Notes: generated from the letters alone by a model not told the origin. Shown: positions 15,043-23,785, numbered from the stretch's first letter. The stretch: 64,000 bases of DNA from Pseudomonadota bacterium (GCA_039819545.1 JBCBRS010000014.1:5043-69042); one strand, 5' to 3'. Numbers and translations: made by a program.

Positions 15043-15119
15043 TGGCATCCCCGCCTGGATTTGAACCAGGGACCTCCAGATTAGGAATCTGATGCTCTAT
15101 CCTGCTGAGCTACGGGGAC
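15043..15119 (-). tRNA. tRNA-Arg (anticodon CCT), chimeric: 5' part chromosomal, 3' part supplied by the integrated element
   Basis: GTCCCCG-TA-GCTC-AGCAGGATA-GAGC-A-TCAGA-TTCCTAA-TCTGG-AGGTC-CCTGG-TTCAAAT-CCAGG-CGGGGAT-G-CCA folds as a cloverleaf. Pair 1:72 is G-U. Confidence 0.85.
15073..15088. repeat. att core copy 2 (CCTCCAGATTAGGAAT)
   Basis: Exact repeat of 1630-1645. Lies in the anticodon-loop to variable-region part of the tRNA. Confidence 0.85.
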
Positions 15120-15196
15120 CCTTCCTTTCCAATACCAGTTTTTCTGTTGGATGAGAATTCCCCGGGGGCCTGGTAGCTTTTCAGGTGCCTTCCCTA

Positions 15197-15232
15197 AACG
15201 TGAAACGGCTGCGTCTTGGGGAAACGCAGCCG
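15197..15232 (-). terminator. Hairpin that may be the original terminator of the RND operon, now separated from it by the IS
   Basis: CGGCTGCGT-N9-ACGCAGCCG (9-bp stem). On the minus strand it is followed by TTTCACGTTT. Confidence 0.35.
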
Positions 15233-15344
15233 CTACTCACTGTGGGGTATGGTGGGGTATCTTCTTGGGAGAAGATGAGAGGATAATCAGTCCCACACCT
15301 TAACAATTGGTTAACATGCTGAATCCTCTGAATTTTTTTGCCTA

Positions 15345-16385
15345 GAGCGTCGGATGATCGTTTTGAATCATTGATTTGCTTTTGTATCGAACTGTGATTC
15401 ACCTTGTTCGGAGGTGGATCATGCAAGCTCTTTCGATAGATTTACGTGAACGTGTTGTTGCGTTTGTTGACGCTGGCGGCTCTCGTCGGGAGGCGGCTCG
15501 TGTGTTTTCGATCAGTCCTTCGAGCGCGGTCCGGTTTGTCGCTCAGTGGAAGCGGGAGCGGTCATTAAGACTCAAGCCACAGGGTGGTGATCAGCGTCGC
15601 AAGCTGGCGTCATTCCGTTATGAGATCATTGCTGCGGTCGAGGCAAAACCGGACATTACCATGCCGGAACTTGCGGCGATGATGGCGCAGGATCATGGGC
15701 TTCAGGTGGCCCCTGCCTCGCTGTCGCGCTTTCTTTGCCGCCATGGTTTCAGCTATAAAAAAAACACTACTGGCCACGGAACAAGGTCGCGCTGATGTAG
15801 CCAAGGCACGCGCTGATTGGCGGCATTATCGCCAGCCGGCGATGCGAGAAGCTCTCCATCGGCTTATCTTCATTGATGAAACTTCAATCAAAACAAACAT
15901 GTGCCGCGCCCGGGGGCGCTGCCCGAAGGGAGAGAGGCTGAAAGCCGATGCCCCGTTCGGGAAATGGTCTACACAGACGTTTATTGCCGGCCTGCGGTGT
16001 CATGATCTTGTCGCCCCATGGATCATTGAGGGTGCGATGAACCGCGATGCCTTTGAAACTTATGTGGAGACACAACTCGCACCGACCCTGCAACCCGGTG
16101 ACGTTGTCATACTGGACAATCTGGCGGCACACCGAAGTCCGTTAGCTGATCAACTGTTGGCAGAACGCGGAGCCTGGTTTTTGTTCCTGCCCGCCTATTC
16201 GCCCGATCTGAACCTGATCGAAATGGCGTTCTCAAAGCTGAAGGCACACCTGCGAGCTGGCGCACACCGTACTATCGATGCGTTATGGAAGGCGGTCGGT
16301 GATATCTGTGATCTTTTCACCGCCAACGAATGCCAAAACTTCTTCAGCGCAGCTGGTTATGGGCCAATGTGATGATCCGACGCTC
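15345..16385 (+). mobile_element. IS630-family insertion sequence with a TA target-site duplication
   Basis: Terminal inverted repeats GAGCGTCGGATGATC (left) and GATGATCCGACGCTC (right) give 14 of 15 positions complementary. Flanked by TA at 15343-15344 and 16386-16387. Carries a DDE transposase split into two frames. Confidence 0.85.
15421..16372 (+). CDS. IS630-family DDE transposase in two frames (15421-15795 and 15695-16372) joined at an A8 tract. Needs a +1 shift or transcriptional slippage; otherwise it is a pseudogene.
   Basis: N-terminal HTH RREAARVFSISPSSAVRF. The junction reads ...RHGFSYKK / KTLLATEQGRADV across AAAAAAAA at 15757-15764. Catalytic-region motifs are LIFIDETS, VVILDNLAAH and LPAYSPDLNLIE. 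Confidence 0.8.
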
Positions 16386-16433
16386 TAGCCTCGTTGCGCA
16401 TGCCCGTCGGCGTTGGCTTTTTTCAAGGTCCGC

Positions 16434-19400
16434 CTATTCGGCCGGGTCGGCGAGAGGGTTGCGGCGCGGACCTATGGTCGGGGCGCTTGCCTCCCCAAAC
16501 GCCGAGCCGGAGGCTGGTTGAGGAACCGAGGTGAGCGTCTGTGCAGGGTCATCCTGATAGCCATGGTCCAGAGAGGCCCCTTCTCCGACTTTGGGTTGGG
16601 CCTCGCCGGTCCAGACGCCTTTCATAAACCGGCTCATATCCGCGCCAAGCAGATACATTGATGGCACGAAGAGAAGGGTCACGAACGCGGCAAAGAAAAT
16701 CCCGAAAGCCATGGAAACAACGGTTGGTTTGAGGAATTGGGCGTCAACCGATTGTTCGAGCATGATCGGGATCAGGCCGATAAAAGTCGTCACTGAGGTG
16801 AGCACAATTGGCCGGAACCGACCCGCGCCGGCTCGGATGAGTGCTTCCATGGCGCCAGCGCCTTCGCGGCGGAGGCGGTTCACATAATCAATGAGGACAA
16901 GATTGTCGTTGATCACAACGCCGGCGGCCGCACCGATTCCGAAAATTGAAAACAGGCCGAGCTCCACATCCAAGAGAAAGTGGCCAAAAAGGGCGCCCAT
17001 CAAGCCAAACGGGATCGCCGACATGATGAGGATGGGTTGCGCATAGGACGCAAACGCGATGGCGAGCAGCATATAAATGGCGAACAGCGCAATGTTATAG
17101 AGCGTGCCCAGTTCACGGTTGAACTCGTCTTGTTCTTGTGCCTCTCCGCGTTGCACCAATTCCACGTCGGGATGGCGCGCCTGCCATTCGCCCTGAAATT
17201 CCGTGCGGAAACGTTGCATGGTCGTGCGGCGTTCATACCCTTCGGCAAGATCAGCATTGATATTTGCCGAGCGCGAGCGGTTAAAGCGCCGTATACGCTT
17301 GAAGCTCGGTGCATATTCGATATCTGCAACGGCAGAAAAGGGCACCTCCCGCCCGTCGGGTGTGCGGATGAACAGGCGCGACAGCGTACCGAGATTTTCG
17401 CGGTCACTGCGCGGTAGGCGGACGATGACCCGGACATCATCGCCGCCGCGGGGAAGACGCTGGACCTCCTCACCAAAAAAGGCCTGGCGCAGTTGGGAGG
17501 AAACCTGCGCAAGCGTCAGGCCAAAGCGTTCGGCGCCTGGTTTCAGGACAATGCGCAGTTCATCCGTTGCCGATTGGAGATTATTCTGCACGTTGAAAAC
17601 GCCGGGGAGCGAGCGCAGGTAATTCTGCAAATCAATCACCGCCAACCGTATGCTTTCGAGATTGTCACTCTCCAAACCAAAGGAGAGGTCCGCCCCATTG
17701 TCATTGAAGGTAAAGGCGATATTGACTTCCTCCGCATCGGGAATTTCGCCGATATAATCGCGGAAGCGATCTGCAATTTCCTCAGTGGGGATATTGCCAC
17801 GTTCCTTGGTATCAAGAAGCTGAATAAAGCCCCCAGCGTAGCCATCTGCCGCGCGCATATAAATTGAGTTGACGATTAACTCATCACCCTCACCCTTGCC
17901 ATAATCGGCTTGCGTCTTTTCGGCGGCATCAAGCAGTTTTTCATAAACCTGCAGCGTCCGGGTAAAGGAGGTGCCCTCAACCATATTCACATTAATATCG
18001 AGAACCGGAGCCTCAATACTGGGGAGAAACCCAGTCTTTATATAGCCGAGAGATAACAGGCTGATCGAAATGGCGAAGGCACTAAGGAAAAAGACAACCG
18101 TTCGCCCGCGCGCCTTCAACAGCGCCGTGAGCAACGGCACATAGACCTTTTCGGCAAAGGTGACGATCCCGTCGGAAAAAACGCGTTGCACCTGATAGTA
18201 CCAGCCTTCCCGATTTTGCGGCTTCATATGGGCCAGGTGCGCGGGCAAGATCAGGAAAGACTCAATCAGCGAAAAGGTCAGAGCAAAGATGATTGTCCAA
18301 CTGATATGCTTGGTAAACTCCGACGCTCCGCCGGATATGAAAAGCCACGGTGCAAAGGCAATCATGGTGGTCAGGACCGCAAAAAATACCGGCTTGATGA
18401 CAAGCTGTGTGCCCGCGAGCGCTGCATCGAGATTGCGTTTACCCCCCTCAACCTGATTGTGAATGCTCTCGCCCACAATGATGGCATCATCAACCACAAC
18501 CCCGATCACCAGCAAGAATGCAAAGAGCGATAGGATATTCAGCGATACCCCAACGGCGGGCAGAAAGATAAAAGCACCCATAAAGGAAACGCCAATCCCA
18601 ATAGCAACCCAGAAGGCAACCGTTGGCCGCAGGAAGAGCATCAGAACAATCAAGACAAGGAATAACCCAACAATAGCGTTGGAGGAGACAGTCTTCATCC
18701 GCGCGAAATAGATATCTGACCGGTCATCAATGATCGTCAGACTGACTTCGGGGTTTAGGTCGGCATTTTTCTTTTCCAACCAGTCCTCAAGGCTATCGGA
18801 AAGCTTTACGATGTTGAGATTGGTGGGGGCAATCACATTGATAAGGATTGCTTCTTTCCCGTCTAATTGACGACGCGAATTGCTATCTTCAAACCCGTCA
18901 ACGACGGTTGCGACATCTCCCACACGCACGATCCCGCCATTGGGCGTCTGACGGATGATGATATTTTCAAATTCGGCTTGCGTATCAGCAAGGCCGCGCG
19001 CGGCGATTTGGACATCGCCCGTTTCGGTTTGAACGGTTCCGCTTGACTGGTTGATTGATCGGCCCCGAATGGCCTGTGCCACATCGCTGAATGTCAGGCC
19101 AAATCCGCGCAAGGCTGCCTCGGACACCTCAATAGAGACTTCTTCATTGCGGCCACCAAACAGAATAGCGCGTGAGGGGCCGTTGGGTATTTGCGTGATT
19201 TCATCGCGCAACCGTCCGGCAAGCCGGTTAAGCTCGCGCTCGTCAATGTTACCATTGATGGCGATCAAATGGGTTCGTTCCTCGGCTTGGATCTGCTGAA
19301 TCGTGGGGCGAAACGCATCCTGCGGAAACGTTGAGATCCCGTCGATCCGATTTTTGAGCTCATTAAGCAGGGTGGTGATGTCCGCGTCCGAAGTCGCCTC

Positions 19401-19682
19401 CACTGTCACATTGGCCCGGCCTTCTCGCGCGGTGCTGGATATATTTTTGACGCCATCAAGGTTGTCGATGGCTTCTTCGATCCGCAAAACAATTTGTTCT
19501 TCAACTTGCTGTGGGTCGGCACCAAGCCAGACAACCGAGATATCAACAAAGGGTACTTTCGCGGACGGAAAAACCTCGCGGTTCATATCGCGAAAGGCGA
19601 ACGCACCGATTATCACGCACGCAATCATCAACAGGTTCGCGGCAACGCTATTGCGAGCCCACCAGCCAATTAGTCCCTGCAT
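16434..19682 (-). CDS. RND efflux transporter permease (AcrB/HAE-type), 1082 aa, with an ~60-aa low-complexity C-terminal tail
   Basis: Twelve-TM architecture with two large periplasmic loops. The N-terminus ARNSVAANLLMIACVIIGAFAF and motifs such as VGVVVDDAIIVGESI are typical of the family. Confidence 0.9.
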   Translation of the reverse strand: MQGLIGWWARNSVAANLLMIACVIIGAFAFRDMNREVFPSAKVPFVDISVVWLGADPQQVEEQIVLRIEEAIDNLDGVKNISSTAREGRANVTVEATSDADITTLLNELKNRIDGISTFPQDAFRPTIQQIQAEERTHLIAINGNIDERELNRLAGRLRDEITQIPNGPSRAILFGGRNEEVSIEVSEAALRGFGLTFSDVAQAIRGRSINQSSGTVQTETGDVQIAARGLADTQAEFENIIIRQTPNGGIVRVGDVATVVDGFEDSNSRRQLDGKEAILINVIAPTNLNIVKLSDSLEDWLEKKNADLNPEVSLTIIDDRSDIYFARMKTVSSNAIVGLFLVLIVLMLFLRPTVAFWVAIGIGVSFMGAFIFLPAVGVSLNILSLFAFLLVIGVVVDDAIIVGESIHNQVEGGKRNLDAALAGTQLVIKPVFFAVLTTMIAFAPWLFISGGASEFTKHISWTIIFALTFSLIESFLILPAHLAHMKPQNREGWYYQVQRVFSDGIVTFAEKVYVPLLTALLKARGRTVVFFLSAFAISISLLSLGYIKTGFLPSIEAPVLDINVNMVEGTSFTRTLQVYEKLLDAAEKTQADYGKGEGDELIVNSIYMRAADGYAGGFIQLLDTKERGNIPTEEIADRFRDYIGEIPDAEEVNIAFTFNDNGADLSFGLESDNLESIRLAVIDLQNYLRSLPGVFNVQNNLQSATDELRIVLKPGAERFGLTLAQVSSQLRQAFFGEEVQRLPRGGDDVRVIVRLPRSDRENLGTLSRLFIRTPDGREVPFSAVADIEYAPSFKRIRRFNRSRSANINADLAEGYERRTTMQRFRTEFQGEWQARHPDVELVQRGEAQEQDEFNRELGTLYNIALFAIYMLLAIAFASYAQPILIMSAIPFGLMGALFGHFLLDVELGLFSIFGIGAAAGVVINDNLVLIDYVNRLRREGAGAMEALIRAGAGRFRPIVLTSVTTFIGLIPIMLEQSVDAQFLKPTVVSMAFGIFFAAFVTLLFVPSMYLLGADMSRFMKGVWTGEAQPKVGEGASLDHGYQDDPAQTLTSVPQPASGSAFGEASAPTIGPRRNPLADPAE

Positions 19683-19702
19683 CGTCAGAAATCCTTTTGG
19701 TG

Positions 19703-20944
19703 CTAGTTCTGGGCCGCGCCTGCGCCACGATCGGTGGCGGCGGCGGTGCCACTGCCAGGTGTGTCGCGGCGTTGATTATCGTCACTGATAACCGGGGTAA
19801 CCTCATCGCCTTCGCCATTGCCACGCAAAGGCGAAACCACAACTTTGTCGCCGGGCGCAAGGCCCGAAACAACCACAACGGATTTGGAAGAGACCGAGGC
19901 AACGCGAACGGTGCGCCGTTCAAGCCGGTTCTGGTTATTGACCACGTAAACAGCATCGCGGCCATAAAGCGCCGTAGACGGAATAATATAGACATTGTCG
20001 AGCGCACGACCTTTGATTGTGGCGTCAACAAATAGACCCATGGCAAGTGGCACACCGTCGTCAGCAGCGGCTCCGTAGGGATCGTTGACAACGGCAATTG
20101 CTCCGATCTGGCGGGTCGCCGTATCAATAGCGCCCTCTGTCCGCATGATTTTTCCGCGCCATTCACGCACACTGGAACCCACGACCGAACTGAGAATGAC
20201 GTCCGGGCCCGGTTCATTTTCAGTGGCCGTAAACGCGATTGGTAGACGCAAGGTGGCAAAATCGGTATCGCTAAGAGGCAGGCGGATTTCAGCCACATCG
20301 GTTGAGAAGATGCCACCAAGCTGTGCGCCCGGCGTGATAAACTGACCCAACCCCACATTGATCGTCCGTACACGCCCATCAAAAGGCGCTCGGATCATGG
20401 TGCGGTCGAGATTGAGCCGGGCCTCGCGTTCATCGGCGCGGGCGGACTGAAAATTTGCTTCTGCCTGCCGCAGTTGTGGCAAACGCAAGGTCAAGTCTGA
20501 GGGACGCGAGCCATCGCCAAGCTCTTCCCAGTCGCGCCGGGCAAGGTCTGCTTCTGCCTGTTCCTGGTTCAAGGCTTGCTGGGCTTGCGCAACCCGCGCC
20601 TCGGCCCGCGTCAAGGCAAGACGATAATCGGTATCTTCTATGCGCACGAGAACGTCATTCTTTTTGAAAGCGCCGCCATTCACGAAAGAACGATCCGTAC
20701 TAATGATGCGCCCACCCACCTGCGCGGTCAGATTGATATCCGTGCGCGGACGCACTTCGCCTTGCGTGACAACATCAACAGTCGTGGAGGTTGGTGTTGC
20801 CACCTCAATAAAGACACTGGGCGCCGCGAGCGTTTCATCGCGCTCTTCAGGTCGTGGTCGCATGTCAAAAAGCAGCGCTAAAATCGCAGCTGCGACGCCT
20901 ATGATCAGGACAAAGCCAATGACAACGCCAAATTTACGGAGCAT
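19703..20944 (-). CDS. RND periplasmic adaptor (membrane fusion protein, HlyD family)
   Basis: N-terminal TM anchor, a coiled-coil hairpin region (ARVAQAQQALNQEQAEADLARRDWE), then beta-barrel domains. Lies between the OMF and RND genes. Confidence 0.85.
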   Translation of the reverse strand: MLRKFGVVIGFVLIIGVAAAILALLFDMRPRPEERDETLAAPSVFIEVATPTSTTVDVVTQGEVRPRTDINLTAQVGGRIISTDRSFVNGGAFKKNDVLVRIEDTDYRLALTRAEARVAQAQQALNQEQAEADLARRDWEELGDGSRPSDLTLRLPQLRQAEANFQSARADEREARLNLDRTMIRAPFDGRVRTINVGLGQFITPGAQLGGIFSTDVAEIRLPLSDTDFATLRLPIAFTATENEPGPDVILSSVVGSSVREWRGKIMRTEGAIDTATRQIGAIAVVNDPYGAAADDGVPLAMGLFVDATIKGRALDNVYIIPSTALYGRDAVYVVNNQNRLERRTVRVASVSSKSVVVVSGLAPGDKVVVSPLRGNGEGDEVTPVISDDNQRRDTPGSGTAAATDRGAGAAQN

Positions 20945-22640
20945 CCGGTATCCCCCTGGTCCGATCCGACGGGCTCAATTGCGAAACCGTTTGTGGCTCC
21001 GCAAATAGGCCGGGATCGGTAATAAAGTTACCCCCAATGGCGAGGTATAGCTGCACGCGATTTCGCACGCGCTGACTCTGTGCGTTTATATACTGGCTTT
21101 CCGCCGCTATCCGTCTCGTTTGGGCATCAAGTAAATTAAAAATGCTGGCGGCCCCGCTGTTATAGCGCCGTTCGGTCAGGGCCTCACCGGCGGCCGCTTC
21201 TTCATAGGCAAGCTTCAGGGCCGCTTCTCTGCCGGCCAGAAAAACCTCCGCGGCAAGGGCGTTTTCAGCTTCTTCATAGGCAGCGAGCGCGGTTTGTGTG
21301 TAGGTGAAGATCGCGGCTTCGGCCTGTGCCTTGGCGCGTTTCGCATTGGCGCGCAGGCGACCCCCTTGGAAAATTGGCTGAGCAATGCTCGAGAATAGGT
21401 TCCCCGCAAGGCGTTCCGGGTCAATCACGTCAGCGAGCACGGGGCCGGAGGTGTTCACATTGGCGCTGATCGACAATTGTGGAAGCAGCTGCTTGCGTGC
21501 CGCCCGTGCCCGCAGGCCAGCGGCCTCCATCCGGGCTTCGGCAGCGAGGATATCAGGGCGGCGAGCAAGGACGTCGCCGGGCGCCCCAGCCCCTTCAAGC
21601 GAGGGCAATTCCGGAAGACGCGACGCCGCTTCGATTTCCGCACCGGGATAGCGGCCGAGAAGGACTTCCAGACGGCGGGAGGCCTCGGCTTCTTGCTGAC
21701 GGCGGAGTAAAAGGTTGGACTGATCCGAGGCAACTTGCGAGCGGGAAAGGCGCACATCAAGGCTAGAGGCAACGCCGCGCTCATAGCGCCGCTCGGTAAT
21801 CCGGAGGTTGCTTTGGCGCGCCTCAAACGTTCGGTCGGCAAGTTCGCGTTGCAGGCGCGCTTCAATCAGATTGAACCAGGCTTGCGCAACGCTCGACGCG
21901 ACGGAAAGGCGCGCACCATCAAGGTCAGCGAGCGTTGCCGTGGCATCGCCATACGCGGCCTTGGTCTCATCGCGGATGCGACCCCAGACATCAAGCTCCC
22001 AGTTGATCCGGGCCTGAAGCTGGTAGCTGTTAATGTAAATACGCCGGTCTGGCAGCTGTGCTTCGGCAAAGCCATCACCATCAAAATCAAGCCCGTCAAG
22101 GCGGCCATCGCCATCGCGATCAACGCCGAATTGGTCTTCAAGGTCACTGGCATCCAGTCCAGCCAGGTCACCGTTGCCGCCACCAGCCTGGGCCGCAATG
22201 AGCGGGTTGCCAACCGCTGCAATCCGCCCTGCACTCCCATCTGCATTAAGGGTCGGAAATAGTGCTGACCTCGTAACTTTCACATTCGATCGGGCGGCGG
22301 CAAGGTTCCGAACGGCAGCCTGTAGATTGTTGTTATGCACCATTGCCTCGGCAATCAGCCCGTGGAGGGCATCATCGCCGAAGGAGCCAACCCAGTCGCC
22401 GGTGGGAATGTCATTGATCTCGTCGATGGTGGCGTTGAGGCCCGCGCGGTCCTCCACGGCAGCCATATCGGCGCCATCGGTGTCGATTTTCTCGGCGCCG
22501 GCCCAGCGTTCCGGGATCTCCGGCAGGCTTTGCTCCGTCAGATCCACATCCATACTCGCGCACCCGGCCAGGACAAATACCATTGGGACCAGAACGCAGC
22601 CCTGGGCGGTTACTTTGGTGCCGGCAAAAATTCGACGCAT
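20934..22640 (-). CDS. Outer-membrane efflux factor lipoprotein (NodT/OprM family) with an Asp-rich loop insertion
   Basis: Start taken at MRRIFAGTK... with lipobox LAGC. Duplicated TolC-type repeats are visible (WELDVWGRIR, LLPQLSISANV). The ORF-track start at 22811 adds 57 unlikely residues. Confidence 0.8.
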   Translation of the reverse strand: MRRIFAGTKVTAQGCVLVPMVFVLAGCASMDVDLTEQSLPEIPERWAGAEKIDTDGADMAAVEDRAGLNATIDEINDIPTGDWVGSFGDDALHGLIAEAMVHNNNLQAAVRNLAAARSNVKVTRSALFPTLNADGSAGRIAAVGNPLIAAQAGGGNGDLAGLDASDLEDQFGVDRDGDGRLDGLDFDGDGFAEAQLPDRRIYINSYQLQARINWELDVWGRIRDETKAAYGDATATLADLDGARLSVASSVAQAWFNLIEARLQRELADRTFEARQSNLRITERRYERGVASSLDVRLSRSQVASDQSNLLLRRQQEAEASRRLEVLLGRYPGAEIEAASRLPELPSLEGAGAPGDVLARRPDILAAEARMEAAGLRARAARKQLLPQLSISANVNTSGPVLADVIDPERLAGNLFSSIAQPIFQGGRLRANAKRAKAQAEAAIFTYTQTALAAYEEAENALAAEVFLAGREAALKLAYEEAAAGEALTERRYNSGAASIFNLLDAQTRRIAAESQYINAQSQRVRNRVQLYLAIGGNFITDPGLFAEPQTVSQLSPSDRTRGIPDAP

Positions 22641-22958
22641 CACTCTCTCCAAACCCGGCAAACCGGGCGTCATTGGCGGGATTGTCATGCTAGTCGCGGA
22701 CGCGCCGAAGGGACCCAACCCCGTTTCCCCTTCACCTGCAAATGACCCCAGAGCGCCGGTCCGGGCAAGGGGGTTGCGATGAATGGTGCGTCTCACGCGA
22801 TCAGCAAACAACTGCCAATGCGGCGGAAGTTAACCATAAGGCGTTAATATTGTTTTCAAAACCTACGACACCACGCCTCTTGCGGTTCGCTGTGGCGCGT
22901 TTTTGATAGGACGCTGCCAACACCTTAGAGCGATCGGTCAAAAGTTCGAGGTATCCAA

Positions 22959-22988
22959 GCCGGAATCGATCCCACCACACGCGAAGGC
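22959..22988. repeat. 30-bp repeat, copy 1 (GCCGGAATCGATCCCACCACACGCGAAGGC)
   Basis: Matches 23991-24020 in 28 of 30 positions. GCCGGAATCGA is also the T-arm 3' segment of tRNA-Cys. Confidence 0.7.
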
Positions 22989-23325
22989 ATACTCTCCAAA
23001 TAATCGCCCGACGCGCCTTACGATGTTGGTCATTCTGGAAACAGGTATATTGGGTTTGACCTTGGCCAGCGGGCAAATGCTGCCCCCGCATGGGTCAATC
23101 GCCATCAATGTGGTGGTTATCGCGCAGATACCCCCTACCGGCGGGGCAGGACTAAACCGACTGGCCGGCTTACTTGCAGATGGCACACGCTTGTCGCCGG
23201 GTGAACGCTTAGGCCGAATATTGGGCTGACATTTCGGTACGCCGCATTGCTATCAAACCAGTTTGGTTGCATTTTAATCTCCCGGGGTTTTACGGATCAT
23301 TAGTATCCGGTTGGGAAGGTAAATC

Positions 23326-23628
23326 ATGCAAACGCCGAGCTATACCAAAGTTTTTCAGATAGAGGTCACGCACTACGCGGCTGAAGGTGATGAGCCTGCG
23401 GCCTATGTGGCTTTCTGTGAAGAATTAGGGTTGTCCCTTGAAGCCGATACGCTTGACGCCTTGGTTCAAAAAATTCGGCCGGCGGCCATTGAGTTGTTTG
23501 AACTGAACGTTCTTCCGCACTTTGAGCGGGAAGAAAGCGTACCACGTCCGGCATTCAACCTTAATCATTTGCTAGGGATTTCCGACGATGGGAGCGACTT
23601 ACTATCAGGCGCTCACTGCGTTGCTTAA
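23326..23628 (+). CDS. hicB: DUF1902/HicB-like antitoxin
   Basis: YVAFCEELGLSLEADTLDALVQKIRPAAIELFELN matches the DUF1902 pattern (YVATSxxLPGLxxEAxTLEEL...). It lies directly upstream of, and overlapping, hicA. Confidence 0.65.
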   Translation: MQTPSYTKVFQIEVTHYAAEGDEPAAYVAFCEELGLSLEADTLDALVQKIRPAAIELFELNVLPHFEREESVPRPAFNLNHLLGISDDGSDLLSGAHCVA

Positions 23629-23785
23629 AAACAATGGGTGCGTTTTTGTGCGCCAAGGAAAGGGTGACCATGAAATCTGGTATAGCCCACACACAAAACG
23701 CAACATCATCGTTGATAAGGGCGGCAAGGTTCGTCACACCGCCAACAACACACTTAAAACTGCTGGGCTTCCCAAAGCGTTCTAG
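23588..23785 (+). CDS. hicA: HicA-family mRNA interferase toxin
   Basis: LLKNNGCVFVRQGKGDHEIWYSPHTKRNIIVDKGGKVRHTANNTLKTAGL is a near-canonical HicA sequence pattern (65 aa). Confidence 0.8.
   Translation: MGATYYQALTALLKNNGCVFVRQGKGDHEIWYSPHTKRNIIVDKGGKVRHTANNTLKTAGLPKAF

Larger units (their letters stand above)
1630..15088. mobile_element. Integrated ~13.4-kb phage-like element in tRNA-Arg(CCT). Gene content fits a corticovirus (PM2)-like tailless, internal-membrane phage.
   Basis: Bounded by identical 16-bp cores, with a complete tRNA next to a tyrosine integrase at one end and a displaced tRNA 3' half at the other. Contains repressor, HUH Rep, small P-loop ATPase, a 305-aa beta-rich capsid candidate, many small TM proteins, a lysin and a spike. 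No portal, terminase or tail genes are present. Confidence 0.7.

Noticed and set aside
1630-15088. Alternative reading of the element as a filamentous (inovirus) prophage, given the HUH Rep, P-loop ATPase, tiny TM proteins and integrase
   Set aside because: The ATPase is short, lacks the C-terminal TM domain of Zot/pI and has an FtsK-like VTQRP motif. The element also encodes a 305-aa soluble beta-rich protein, a peptidoglycan hydrolase and a 580-aa spike, none of which fit a non-lytic filamentous phage.
15241-15260. Tandem GGTGGGGTAT x2 between tRNA-Arg and the IS
   Set aside because: There are only two short copies and no further periodicity. Too little evidence to call a functional repeat.
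15181-15426. ORF 15181..15426 (-), 81 aa
   Set aside because: It crosses the IS630 left end and the TA duplication, so it cannot be an ancestral gene. No motif was seen.
16330-22811. Numerous plus-strand and off-frame ORFs inside the RND operon (e.g. 19303..19788, 19511..20035, 19648..20382, 21735..22262, 22174..22782) and the 57-aa N-terminal extension of the OMF ORF
   Set aside because: They are shadow frames of three well-supported minus-strand genes. The OMF lipoprotein signal peptide (MRRIFAG...LAGC) defines the real start.
22641-23325. ORFs 22801..23091 (-), 22903..23229 (+) and 22938..23186 (-) in the long gap upstream of the efflux operon
   Set aside because: They overlap one another, have no SD and show no motifs. 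The region is better explained as decayed island or promoter DNA containing the 30-bp repeat.
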